64,000 bases of DNA, taken from assembly GCA_000092065.1 (NCBI GenBank), contig CP000600.1. One strand, 5' to 3'. This DNA is from Ostreococcus lucimarinus. Taxonomy: Eukaryota. The notes beneath the pieces are model-generated. The model had not been told where the DNA came from. It searched no databases and saw only the letters and a list, made by a program, of their open reading frames with translations. Position numbers and translations under genes: made by a program. Positions 45,669 to 55,903 of this stretch are shown in pieces (position 1 is the first letter of the stretch; every line of letters begins with the position of its first letter).

Positions 45669-46442
45669 ATGGACGGCGCGACGCCGACGGCGGATTGGTT
45701 GAGCGACTTTTTTGACTCCTTTGACGCGGATGACGTCGGGGCGTTCGACGGCGCGAACGCGTTCGCGGACGTGCCGACGGAGGTGATCGGGGGTGAGGGC
45801 CCTAGGGTTCGAGCGGCGGGGACGAAACGAAAGGCGACGGAGGAGGCTGACGGGAGTCAGGATGAACGCGTCGCGGTGACGGCGACCTCGGTGGCGGCGA
45901 CCTCGGTGGCGGCGACCACGGCGGCGGCGACCACGGCGACGGGACGCTCGAATGTGTTGAGCGAAGGGGCGAAGAAGACGAAGAGCACGCGGGAGAAGCG
46001 TCGACGCGACGTTTTGAACAGTCGCTTTGAGGAGCTCAGCGCGGTGCTCGAACCGGGTGAGTCGCAGGGTGAGTCGCAGTCGAAGGCGACGGTGGTGTTC
46101 GCGGCGACGGAGTTGATCAAGCGACTGCGTGTCGAACACGCGAGGTTAGCGAACATGATCATGCGATTCCAAGAGGATAACCTGCTAAAGACGGAGCTCA
46201 CCCAAAAGCTCGCTGCGGAACGCGATCAACTCATGCAAGAAAAGACGCATTTATTGCGAGAGAAGCTTCGCATCGAGGCACAGTTACAAGGTTTCTTGAC
46301 GAGCATGCCGTTTGCGTCTCCCGCGGATGGCATGGTGTCCACGAAATCGGCGAGCGGCGTCGCGGCGTGGACCGTGCCCATGCCCTTCATGCCGGCGAGC
46401 GAAGAAGGAGAAGACGTCACCTTGCGCGCCCCTGTGGCGTAA
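45669..46442 (+). CDS. bHLH-zipper transcription factor (257 aa)
   Basis: From the ATG at 45669 (MDGATPTADWLSDFF...). The basic-HLH region is KSTREKRRRDVLNSRFEELSAVL...ATVVFAATELIKRLRVEHARL, followed by a heptad Leu zipper (LLKTELTQKLAAERDQLMQEKTHLLREKLRIEAQL). Confidence 0.75.
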   Translation: MDGATPTADWLSDFFDSFDADDVGAFDGANAFADVPTEVIGGEGPRVRAAGTKRKATEEADGSQDERVAVTATSVAATSVAATTAAATTATGRSNVLSEGAKKTKSTREKRRRDVLNSRFEELSAVLEPGESQGESQSKATVVFAATELIKRLRVEHARLANMIMRFQEDNLLKTELTQKLAAERDQLMQEKTHLLREKLRIEAQLQGFLTSMPFASPADGMVSTKSASGVAAWTVPMPFMPASEEGEDVTLRAPVA

Positions 46443-46544
46443 CCAATTGTCTTATGACAAATCGACATGATTTACAATTGTACCTAAAATATCCTAGTCC
46501 TAGTAATTTGTGATCATTTGTAATTTGTGATCGCAGAAAACGAA

Positions 46545-49500
46545 TCACGTGAGCCCGAGTACGGTGCGGTAATCTCGTCCAGGTTTACACACGATGAAAT
46601 CCGCCATATCGTCATACTCATCTTGCGCGCCGCCTTCTTGCGCCACGACGGCGTCCAAGTAAGGATTTCGTATGCGTTTACGAGGCTTTGATGCAGAATT
46701 TTCCCGAGACGAAACGTTCGACGGGCAGCATTTCAACACCTCTCCGTCGACGTTTTGCACGCTCTCACCGAGACGCGACAAATTTTCGCTGTAGAGTTCG
46801 ATGTCATCCATCGCGAGCGCGTTACCAATAGCCACTAAACCGCGATCAAGCGGCGTGCCACTGTTCTTCACGAGCTGAAGCGCCCTTAAGTTGGTGAAAA
46901 CTCCGGCGCAAACAACCATAAACTGTCGTCGTTTGAGTTCAAACGACCTGAGCACCTTGACGTCGTACAGATGTGACATCTTATCCGTGTTGTGATGCAA
47001 GCGAATGCCAGCGAGGACTAACGATGCATTTCGACGTTGACTTTCCAAATGTTTTTGATTTCCATCCGTGCGCGAAAGCTTCGAAGCCGCGGAAATGCAA
47101 CGTTCGAATGAATGCGTAGCCAACGACACGAAGTTTGCCTCGACGTCGTCCAACGACTTCTGCTTTGAGTGCACATGGCGCCACAATATATCACCCGACT
47201 TGACTAGAATCGTCGTCAGAGCGATGAACGCATCTTGTTTCTCAATTTTACCGTGCTGATCGTTGTCAGATGATAAATCTGTGACGATTTCATTCAAGAC
47301 ACTGAGCAAATCGTTGAGCTCATCGGGTATGGATGTCAAGGAATAGCTCAAGGCCATTTTCAACATCTCTGACGCGGTCTTGACGCAATCTGGCAGAGGG
47401 AATCGTCGACGATGATACTGTAAGATCGTGCAAGCGATGTGACACGTAGGCTCGATGGGCAACTCACGCAATTGAATAATATCGTCCTCAAGCATGACGA
47501 CAGAAGCCGACGCCAAGTCTGCATTTTCCACCAATGGCAGCATAGTGTCCAGCAAGTTCAAAACTTCATTGATGATCCGATCCCACGTATCGATCACGGT
47601 GCGTGAATTATACGTCTCTTGGAGCTGATGGTGCAAAGATGTCACGAGCGCGGCAACAACACCTGAGACTGGGGCCTCTACGCCTGCGCGTCCGGCGGCT
47701 TCGTAATCACTTCTCGCAAGATGAGGTTTACCGTAAGACGCGACTTCCTTTGCGGCGTTTTCTAATTCATCATCCGTGAAAGAAGCGCGCATCAAGTCTT
47801 GTAAAACGCCAAGATCTGGTCCGTACGACGCATTACGGCTGACAGCGAGTTCGCACAGCGCTCTGAGCGTTTGAAGAGCATCCAAAGTGGTCTTTGTCGA
47901 CCACAAATCTGAGTTCGGCGCCAATTCCTTCTTATCGAAAGCAAACCAGTTGTCTCGCAATGTTTCGACGCATTGACGCGCGCATGTATTCATAAGTGTC
48001 GCGTACTGATTAGAAGCACGCATATCACCGGAAGAAACGCGCGCCACGCGCAACGTGTGGGCACAAATTTGCGTGATGTGACGCTGCAATTCCGGAGACC
48101 ATTCCGCATCGTCAGACGAGAGCCTGACGCAACTATCAATGCACAAAGCAGATGACACGTTCCCAGCCCGCGTGTTCTCAGAACCGCAACTGAGCTGAAG
48201 ATGCATGAAAAGTAATCGCGTGATCCAACTCTCCAGCGTCTCGCTCGTACCCTCGTCGATCTTAGGGTGTTCTAATTGTTCCAACATCTCCTTGAACCAC
48301 GTCGAGTACGACAGCATGGAATCGAGGACGACTTCAACGACTGGTACAAGTTTAGCCAATACGTGCGACTCCACTTTGTCGTTTGCATCATCGAAAGCAT
48401 CGGCGTCGACGAAGTTGATTTGTTCACCATCTGTGTCTCTGGCTGACTCGGCTTGAAGGATGAGACACTCGCTCAGAGCCGATAGCAATCGAAGCGAGTT
48501 CCGCAAAATTTCTCTATTCTTGACAGATTTGCCGCTCACGTCGAGCGCCAAAATCAATCCGAGCGAGCTCGTGAGGGATTGAATCGTCGCAAAACTCAGC
48601 GTAGGGGTCTCTCTTCGCTGCGATAACGCTCTCAAGATTTCATTGATCGATAAGATGGCGTCAACCTTTGCTTCTGCCTCAGCCTTTTGCAGCATCGCTT
48701 CGTCCGCAATGGACTCGCTCGTAATCAACGTCGTCGCGACGACGAAAGCGTGTTGTCGGACACTCGAGCGGTCATCCACCATCGCGCGTTCTAAAGCCGC
48801 GATACCTGCGTCAAGATGATTGCCGGCTCGCATCATGTCACCGAGCATTTGCAAGCCTAAAATAGTTTTCGAGCAGTCGTCCTCGACGCTTTCGAACAAA
48901 GCCATCACCGGCGCGACGCCAGAGATTTTGGAGAGCGCCGCTACCGCCCTGCGCGCGATATCTCCCCCCTCTTTGACGCTCAACTGGGGTAAATATTCAA
49001 CCGCTCGCTGAATTTCACTCGACATTCTGTCGACGTGCGGCGCCGCGTCCATCTGGACAATCTCCTCGAGCGCGCGAAGCGCCGCGCGCGTTTGAACGCC
49101 CGTCGACAGCCGAGACAACAACGCGCCGAGAATTTCCACGCAAATCTCCGAATCTCTGCGCGCGATCGCTCGCAATACGTGTGCGTCGCTTTCTTTCACC
49201 TCCTCGAGCACGTATTTCGCCATGCTCTCCAACGATCTCGCATCACACGCTCTCAGCGCTCGCTCGACGTCGCTCGCGCTCGCGCTCGCCTCTCGCGCGC
49301 GTCCCCACGCCCTCGCCTCGATCAACACCGCCAACGTCGCATCCTTCGCGTCCCCTAACCGACGCACGCTCGCGTCGTACTCTTCGCACACGCGCGTCGT
49401 GAACCTCTCGTCCATCGCCGCCGCCCTTCGCGTCGCTTCGAGCGCCCGTTCGAGCGCCCGCCCGCTCGTCGACGCCGTCGCGCACAGCGTCCCCAACCAC

Positions 49501-49802
49501 GTCTCCGTCTCCGTCTCCCTCTCCTCCGCCGTTTCCTCGTCCTCGTCCGCCCGTCCGTCCGTTGCATCGTCGCACGTCCGCATCATCGCTTCGCAACACG
49601 CCCGCGCGACGATTTCGAGCGCCTCGTCGTCGTCGTCGTCCCTCGTCGCCGTCGCCATCGCGCGCGCGCCCTCGAGCGCGCGTCGTCGACATCGCGCGTC
49701 GTCGTCTCGCGTCATCCCTCGTCCGTTCGCCACGCATCGCATCGCTCGCGCGAGGTTCTCGCGCGTCCACGCCGCGTCGACGATCGCGCGCGGCGTCGAC
49801 AT
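46545..49802 (-). CDS. large alpha-helical (ARM/HEAT-like) protein, 1085 aa, unknown function
   Basis: The first ATG is at 49802; the track ORF starts at a TTG. Helix-repeat-like composition runs throughout. The C-terminal tail is KPRKRIRNPYLDAVVAQEGGAQDEYDDMADFIVCKPGRDY. No family recognised. Confidence 0.6.
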   Translation of the reverse strand: MSTPRAIVDAAWTRENLARAMRCVANGRGMTRDDDARCRRRALEGARAMATATRDDDDDEALEIVARACCEAMMRTCDDATDGRADEDEETAEERETETETWLGTLCATASTSGRALERALEATRRAAAMDERFTTRVCEEYDASVRRLGDAKDATLAVLIEARAWGRAREASASASDVERALRACDARSLESMAKYVLEEVKESDAHVLRAIARRDSEICVEILGALLSRLSTGVQTRAALRALEEIVQMDAAPHVDRMSSEIQRAVEYLPQLSVKEGGDIARRAVAALSKISGVAPVMALFESVEDDCSKTILGLQMLGDMMRAGNHLDAGIAALERAMVDDRSSVRQHAFVVATTLITSESIADEAMLQKAEAEAKVDAILSINEILRALSQRRETPTLSFATIQSLTSSLGLILALDVSGKSVKNREILRNSLRLLSALSECLILQAESARDTDGEQINFVDADAFDDANDKVESHVLAKLVPVVEVVLDSMLSYSTWFKEMLEQLEHPKIDEGTSETLESWITRLLFMHLQLSCGSENTRAGNVSSALCIDSCVRLSSDDAEWSPELQRHITQICAHTLRVARVSSGDMRASNQYATLMNTCARQCVETLRDNWFAFDKKELAPNSDLWSTKTTLDALQTLRALCELAVSRNASYGPDLGVLQDLMRASFTDDELENAAKEVASYGKPHLARSDYEAAGRAGVEAPVSGVVAALVTSLHHQLQETYNSRTVIDTWDRIINEVLNLLDTMLPLVENADLASASVVMLEDDIIQLRELPIEPTCHIACTILQYHRRRFPLPDCVKTASEMLKMALSYSLTSIPDELNDLLSVLNEIVTDLSSDNDQHGKIEKQDAFIALTTILVKSGDILWRHVHSKQKSLDDVEANFVSLATHSFERCISAASKLSRTDGNQKHLESQRRNASLVLAGIRLHHNTDKMSHLYDVKVLRSFELKRRQFMVVCAGVFTNLRALQLVKNSGTPLDRGLVAIGNALAMDDIELYSENLSRLGESVQNVDGEVLKCCPSNVSSRENSASKPRKRIRNPYLDAVVAQEGGAQDEYDDMADFIVCKPGRDYRTVLGLT

Positions 49803-49996
49803 CGCGCGTCGTCGGTCGGCGTCGTCGAGTGTCGCGCGCGGCGTCGTCGTTTGAATCCGACGCGCCGTCTGAATCCGACGGACGCGCACACGGACGCGCG
49901 CGGAACTCGACAAAGCGCGGCGCGGACGAACGCGTCGACGTCGGCGCTCGCGTCGGCGGCGCGCCTACACTCGACGGCGCCCACGCGCGAGTCGGC

Positions 49997-50050
49997 ATGG
50001 CGCGCGCGCGCGCGCTCGCGCGATTGATGACGACGACGACGCGAGGCGTC

Positions 50051-50096
<46 letters not shown>

Positions 50097-51463
50097 CGCG
50101 GCGACGCGCGATGCCGATGCCGATGACGATGACGATGGGACGCGAGACGGTGACGCGCGCGCGCGCGAGCGCGAGTCGACGCGCGGTGCGCGAGTTTACG
50201 TCGCTCGGACGGCGCGGATGGGACGCGACGAGCGCGAACGCGACGACGAACGCGGCGACGAACGCGGCGACGAACGCGGCGATGGCGAGCGCGGCGACGC
50301 GAGCGATGGTGAGAAGGATGCGGTCGACGATGGCGACGACGGCGCAGGCGACGCCGTCGATGACGTTGGTCGTCGGAGGCGAACGGGCGACGCGACGGGT
50401 GGCGTGGTGGCTCGGCGGAGGGTGCGCGTGGGTGTTCTCCATGGTCGTCCTGGGAGGGATGACGAGGCTGACGAGGAGCGGATTGTCGATGACGGATTGG
50501 AAGTTTGAGTACGAGCATCCACCGCTCACGGACGAGGATTGGGCGAAAGAGTTTGAAAAGTACAAGCAAAGCCCAGAGTACAAGAAGTCGAACTTGGGGA
50601 TGACGGTGGAGGAGTACAAATTTATTTATTGGATGGAGTACGGGCACCGCATGTGGGGGCGCGTTTTGGGGTTGTACTTCGTCGCCCCGCTCGCGTACTT
50701 TGCGTCGAAAGGGTACGTCACCTCGGCGTTGGCGAAGCGATTGGGAGTCTTCTTCGTTCTCGGCGCGGCGCAAGGCATGATTGGCTGGTGGATGGTGAAG
50801 AGCGGTCTCGAGGAGCAAGAGTTTTCGTACGACGTGCCGCGAGTGAGTCCGTATCGACTCGCCACACACTTGACGGGAGCGTTTACCATTTACACCGGTA
50901 TGCTTTGGACGACTTTGAACGTCATCTATCCCGTTTCGCCGAGTCAAAGCGCTGGAGCGAGCAAGGCGCTCATCGACGCGACGAAGCGTTTGCATCGCGT
51001 GGTGCACCCGCTCGCCGGTCTAATCGGCGTGACGGCCATCTCTGGAGCTTACGTCGCGGGCATGGATGCAGGTCGTGCTTACAACACATTTCCTTTGATG
51101 GGCGGACGCTGGATTCCAGAAGAGTACCTCGACCAGTGGGAGCAGAAAGGCTGGAGAAATTTCTTTGAAAACACCGCCGCGGTGCAGTTTGATCATCGCG
51201 TCCTCGCCTTGACCACCTTGGCGAGCGTATCAGCCGTTTGGCTCGGTCATCGAAATTCTACCGCATTGCATCCGAGAACTAGAATGCTTCTCCACGCCCT
51301 CCTCGCCACGACCGCGGGGCAGGTGACTCTCGGAGTCACCACGCTCCTTCATCATGTGCCCGTCGAGCTCGGCTCGGCGCACCAAGCGGGAGCGTTAACT
51401 CTGTTCACCGTTGTCTTAGCCTTAATGCACTCCTTAAGAGGGCCTAAACGCTTGCGAATTTAG
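49997..51463 (+). CDS. COX15: heme A synthase COX15 with repeat-rich mitochondrial presequence
   Basis: From the ATG at 49997. Motifs are VLGGMTRLTRSGLSMTDW, FIYWMEYGHRMWGR, AAQGMIGWWMVKSGL, YRLATHL, AVQFDHRVLA and GSAHQAGAL. Confidence 0.9.
50054..50095 (+). repeat. (ACG)14 microsatellite (14-Thr run) in COX15 presequence; adjacent 3 x 12-bp repeat at 50245..50280
   Basis: Read directly. GACGAACGCGGC x3 encodes the repeated TNAA units of ATTNAATNAATNAA. Confidence 0.9.
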
Positions 51464-51504
51464 ACTGCTTGCTTGCTTTAATTGATTCATCGCTATTGAT
51501 TCTA

Positions 51505-52578
51505 TTACTGTTGATTTCCTAGCTCGCCTCGCGCTGCTCGCCACGAGAAGCTTCCCGTTTGCCTTCCAGGCAGCGATTCCCCGATGTCTACGGCTGGTTT
51601 ATCGAGCTCGAGCGACTCCATCGCATCTTGGGCCTCGAGCTCTTTCACCTCATTCGCCGGTATTTGCATCCTGAGCTCGCGCGTCAGGGCGTCGCAGCGA
51701 CTCTTGAGCCACGGCTCGTACACCTCGCCGCGACGACGGTAGAGCGGCTTCATATCCTTCGTGTAACGTTTAGTCACATCCACCACGCCTTCGACTGAAA
51801 AGGCGATGACGTACGACAATTGTTTGCCCCAACCCTGTTCGTACAGCAACGGCTTATCGCACACGTTCTCGCAAGGATCGCAGTGTAACCACCGCTTTTG
51901 GCGTTCCGAATACACCTCGGTCCACACGTGGTCGGTCCAGTCGAGGACCCAACGCGCGCGATACCCCATCGCTCGGCAGCACAGCGTGAACGCGTTCGCC
52001 CACTCCCCGCATCTACCGCGACGCGTGTCGAGCAGTTTGATTGCGGAATTATACCGCGGAAATCGCGTCTCGGCGCGACACGTCGAGCACTCGTACACCT
52101 CCGCGCGACTCGCTTCGCCCTCGCGCTCTTCCGCGCGCAGCGCTTCGCCTTGATCGGTGCGTTTCAACCTCGTCTCCGCGTTCCCGCACTTTTCGCACTT
52201 CGGTTTATCCACCCACTCGAAAAAATCTTCCTTGAACCAGCGCAAGAGCGCGAGCAGCGTGGCGTCCTCCAGACTCACGCCGTCCCCCTCGTCCGCGCCC
52301 GTCGTCGCCGTCGTCGCCGTCGTCCCGTCCGTCGCCTCCCTCTCCCTCTCCCTCGCCGTCGTCGCGCTCAATCGCATCACCGTTCTCTCTCCCTCGCGCC
52401 GCAGCGTCTCCGTCGGCATCGCGCTCGTCGCGCACGTCGTCGCGAGCTCGTCCTCGTGCGACGCCACCTGCGCCGCGCCCGCGCGCAGTCGCGCGTCGAA
52501 TCGCGCGCGCGCGGGCGTCGTCGTCGCGGCGTCGACGCGCGCGAACGCGTCTCGCAGCGCGCGCGCGTCGATCGTCAT
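51505..52578 (-). CDS. PNG1: peptide:N-glycanase (PNGase, transglutaminase-like fold)
   Basis: From the ATG at 52578. A zinc-ribbon is followed by the catalytic core: LLRWFKEDFFEWVDKPKCEKCG, YECSTCRAETRFPRYN, RRGRCGEWANAFTLCCRAMGYRARWVLDWTDHVWTEVY and WLHCDPCE. Confidence 0.85.
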   Translation of the reverse strand: MTIDARALRDAFARVDAATTTPARARFDARLRAGAAQVASHEDELATTCATSAMPTETLRREGERTVMRLSATTAREREREATDGTTATTATTGADEGDGVSLEDATLLALLRWFKEDFFEWVDKPKCEKCGNAETRLKRTDQGEALRAEEREGEASRAEVYECSTCRAETRFPRYNSAIKLLDTRRGRCGEWANAFTLCCRAMGYRARWVLDWTDHVWTEVYSERQKRWLHCDPCENVCDKPLLYEQGWGKQLSYVIAFSVEGVVDVTKRYTKDMKPLYRRRGEVYEPWLKSRCDALTRELRMQIPANEVKELEAQDAMESLELDKPAVDIGESLPGRQTGSFSWRAARGELGNQQ

Positions 52579-52743
52579 GCGCCGCACCGTGACGACATCG
52601 GCGACGCCGGAGACGCCGCATCGCGTCGCGTCGTCCTGGAGACGCTGGGTCGAAATCGCATCGTCCTGGAGACGCCGCGACGCCCGCGCGGCGCCAGATC
52701 GAGCGGCGACGCGCGTCGCGCCGCGCGTCCGGGACGCGTCGCG

Positions 52744-53694
52744 ATGACGAGCGAGGGCGCGACGACGACGACGACGGCGGCGGCGGCGGCGACGCGCGAA
52801 CCGCGGGTCGGCGAGAAACGCGCGCGACGCGACGACGACGACGACGAGGCGAACGGGCGACGCGACGGTGGGAAGACGACGACGGACGACGAGCGCGGCG
52901 GTGACGACGCGCGCGAGGACGGGAAAACGAACGAGGGGAAGACGAACGACGTCGCGAGCGAGGACGCGGCGAAAGCGACGACGAGCGGGTTCGGGAGCGC
53001 GCTCGCGAACGCGGGCTTCGGCGGCTTCGGCGGTTTGAAGAGCGCGGCGGCGAGCGGAGGGGGATTCGGAGGGTTCGCCGCGGCGAGCGCGAGCGCTGGA
53101 ACGGGTGGATTCGCGTCGAAAGCGGCGACGCCAGTGTTCGGTGGCGCGGTGGCCGCGCCCGTGGCGCTGTTCGGGGCGGGGAAGAAGAAGGAAACGACGA
53201 CGGAGGAGGACGAAGAGGGCGACGACGACCCAGAGCGCGAAGTCGCGAACGATTCTATCAAGCCAGTGGTGGAGTTGGAAGTCATCGAGACGAAAACTGG
53301 TGAGGAAGGTGAAACGTGTGCGTTTCGCACCGAAGGCGCGCTGTTTGAGTACGTCAACGACGCCGAGAATGGGTCGCGTTGGGTCGAGCGCGGCCGAGGA
53401 GACGTGAGGCTCAACGAGGGTGAAAACGGCTCTCGACTCGTCATGCGAGCTAAGGGAAACTTTCGTCTGATGCTCAACGCGGCGCTTTTCAAAGGTCAAA
53501 AGTTTCAGTTGATGGAAGGGGGCAAGGGGGTGTCGTTTACGTGCGTAAACGCGGCGTCTGGTGCCGACGCAAAGATGAGCACGTTTGCTCTGAAGATGCG
53601 CGCGGCGGCATCAAACGCGCAATCTCAGGCGGAGAACTTTCACGTAGCCGCGAAGAAAGCGATCGAAAAGCTATCCGAAGAAACACACAACTAA
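52744..53694 (+). CDS. FG-repeat + Ran-binding domain protein (NUP50/RanBP3-like)
   Basis: From the ATG at 52744. FG/GFG repeats (SGFGSALANAGFGGFGG, GGFGGFAA, PVFGG, ALFGAG) are followed by a RanBD: TGEEGETCAFRTEGALFEYV...RWVERGRGDVRLNEGENGSRLVMRAKGNFRLMLNAALF. Confidence 0.75.
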   Translation: MTSEGATTTTTAAAAATREPRVGEKRARRDDDDDEANGRRDGGKTTTDDERGGDDAREDGKTNEGKTNDVASEDAAKATTSGFGSALANAGFGGFGGLKSAAASGGGFGGFAAASASAGTGGFASKAATPVFGGAVAAPVALFGAGKKKETTTEEDEEGDDDPEREVANDSIKPVVELEVIETKTGEEGETCAFRTEGALFEYVNDAENGSRWVERGRGDVRLNEGENGSRLVMRAKGNFRLMLNAALFKGQKFQLMEGGKGVSFTCVNAASGADAKMSTFALKMRAAASNAQSQAENFHVAAKKAIEKLSEETHN

Positions 53695-53728
53695 CTACAA
53701 CTAGTCTACTAGCGAGTGCAATATACTT

Positions 53729-55903
53729 CTACGTTTGTACGAGAGCGTCCAGAGCTGTGAGGAGCGAGCGAATCTGCACTTTCGGCGCTTGTTCCAATCC
53801 TTTTCTGAATCTCCAGATCAACTTGAGCGCATCGTTGGCGGTATAATTGATCACAATTGGCAGATTTAAAGTTCTGTTACCGCCTTTTAACGATACGACG
53901 AGCGAACCAGGAGATAAAGCCCGAATCGCTGCGCGCGAATTCGGCGCAAACAAGTCCACTGGGACTTCGCGGCCGAGCGCTTCAAGAACCTTTTTCAGCT
54001 CCGATCGAGACAATTCAATTTTCCGCTTCGTGTTCATTAACGGCTCAATGATATGCATGCCATCTTGAGTCAGCATATAAAAGTCATCACGCTCTGATTG
54101 CTCCCAAATCTTGACACCCGACCAAACGCAGCTCATTCGCTTTGCGCCAGGTGAATCTATGCAGTGCTTCTTGACTCCTTCAGCGATATACACGATAGAC
54201 TTCTGTTGATTTGAGCGCGCGTAGAGGCAAGGGGCGATTTTTTCCGAGAATTTATCACCAAGACCAAACTCTTTTGCCAACTTTTTCACCAATGTGCTCG
54301 AAACTTTTGAGTAGACGTGCTTTGGTTCCGTGCGCTCATAAGCGCGGTCGACTTTTTCTGCGGTCGACTCCTTCGCCTGTGGTCCGGGAATCGGCGCCAC
54401 CTTTTTCAATAAGACTGCAAAAAATCCGCCCATGTCTTGTAAGTGAGGTACGAGCCTCATGCAGTGCTGCAATGGGATCGCCGTCGACTTGATGCGTTTT
54501 CCGAGATGGCCCATTCGCGCCAGCGACTGCGCCGGCGGCCACATCGATTTCGCAAACTTTCGCTTCAATCCAATGGGCACGGTCGAAGCTTGACTATCCT
54601 CGTACTTTGGATATTCTACTACGTTCCCTTCGACCATGGTCATCACGTTCCAAGTCGATATTCCCGGTCTGCGCAGTAACTCGGGAATTCGATCAGAAGC
54701 GTCGACAATTTCTAGCGCTCCACCGCACCGTTTGATGAGCTCTGCGACGACAGCCTCGTTTTCCACTGGGTTGAATGAGCACGTACTGTAAACCATATAT
54801 CCACCAACATTAAGGAGTGCCGCGCCACGCTGCGCAATGCGTAGCTGTAGCTTGTGAAGGCCCATGGCGAATTCGGGGCGCCATTCGGACCAAATCTGTG
54901 GGTTTTTCCTAAGCGTTCCGTCACCACTGCACGGAACATCACAAATGATACGATCGTAAGAGCCTTCTGGATATCTTCCTCCGCGTTCAGTCAATGCCTT
55001 ATCGGTGGTAGGTACGTTGATATTTGGATACCATTGAGCTTGGTGCGTCGTCACCATCAAATTCGCAGTGGCGTTGCGAAGCGCTGCACAGCGTCGTACT
55101 AGGAAATAACATCGCATCGGATTAATATCGTTCGCGATGACGCATCCAGACGCCGATCCTTCCTCTCCATTGACGTTGAGTGCCTCAAGTGCCTGCGTAG
55201 TTTTCGATCCAGGACTTGCGCAAAGGTCGAGCACGCGATGGTGCGGCTCGACTTGTAAAATTGCCGCGGGAACCATGGAATCCACCGCCTGTCGAGTGAG
55301 AACGCCGGTATTGTTGCACTTCACCAACCAACGCTGCAAATCTCTCAACATTGGATTTCGAGAGAACTTCAGGCTCATCTTGTCCACGCCGAGCTGCCAT
55401 CCGTCACACCACGGCAGGCGTGTTGGCGGCGGTATCAACCGTCCCCGGTCGTCCCTCGTTTCTCTCGCGTTTTGCAGAAAGTGTTTCGCCACGTTCAGCG
55501 CTTCGCGCACTTCTTCTCGTCTCGACGCCATAACGTTCATCCTAAATGTCACCGGTAAAGGCAATCGAAGGTACCTCAAAAAGTCTCTCCACTCGCCCTC
55601 GTCCACTATGCCCTGTCGTCTGTAGTACGTCTCAAACGACGTCTCCTCGTGCACCGAAAGCGTGCGCGAGAACCAAGGCGCGGACGTCCGCGGAAGCATG
55701 ATCGTTTCTGTCGTCGTCGTCGCCTCGTTCGCGCTGTTTCGTCGCCCAGCGTCATCAGCGTCATCGTCGTTCCTCGTCGCTTTCGCCGCCGCCTCGAGCG
55801 CCCTCGCGCGTTTCCTCGCGCGCACCATGCGCTTCGATCGCGATCGCTTCCCCGACACCGACGCACCGCCGATCGTGTCGTCATTCCACGCGTCGTGCTG
55901 CAT
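53729..55903 (-). CDS. NSUN2: tRNA (cytosine-C5)-methyltransferase NSUN2/Trm4 (NOL1/NOP2/Sun family)
   Basis: The first ATG is at 55903. Motifs are FETYYRRQGIVDEGEWRDFLRYLRLPLPVTFRMN, VLDLCASPGSKT, DRIICDVPCSGDGTLRKNP, GGYMVYSTCSFNPVENEAVV and GGFFVAVLKK-like GGFFAVLLKK. Confidence 0.85.
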   Translation of the reverse strand: MQHDAWNDDTIGGASVSGKRSRSKRMVRARKRARALEAAAKATRNDDDADDAGRRNSANEATTTTETIMLPRTSAPWFSRTLSVHEETSFETYYRRQGIVDEGEWRDFLRYLRLPLPVTFRMNVMASRREEVREALNVAKHFLQNARETRDDRGRLIPPPTRLPWCDGWQLGVDKMSLKFSRNPMLRDLQRWLVKCNNTGVLTRQAVDSMVPAAILQVEPHHRVLDLCASPGSKTTQALEALNVNGEEGSASGCVIANDINPMRCYFLVRRCAALRNATANLMVTTHQAQWYPNINVPTTDKALTERGGRYPEGSYDRIICDVPCSGDGTLRKNPQIWSEWRPEFAMGLHKLQLRIAQRGAALLNVGGYMVYSTCSFNPVENEAVVAELIKRCGGALEIVDASDRIPELLRRPGISTWNVMTMVEGNVVEYPKYEDSQASTVPIGLKRKFAKSMWPPAQSLARMGHLGKRIKSTAIPLQHCMRLVPHLQDMGGFFAVLLKKVAPIPGPQAKESTAEKVDRAYERTEPKHVYSKVSSTLVKKLAKEFGLGDKFSEKIAPCLYARSNQQKSIVYIAEGVKKHCIDSPGAKRMSCVWSGVKIWEQSERDDFYMLTQDGMHIIEPLMNTKRKIELSRSELKKVLEALGREVPVDLFAPNSRAAIRALSPGSLVVSLKGGNRTLNLPIVINYTANDALKLIWRFRKGLEQAPKVQIRSLLTALDALVQT

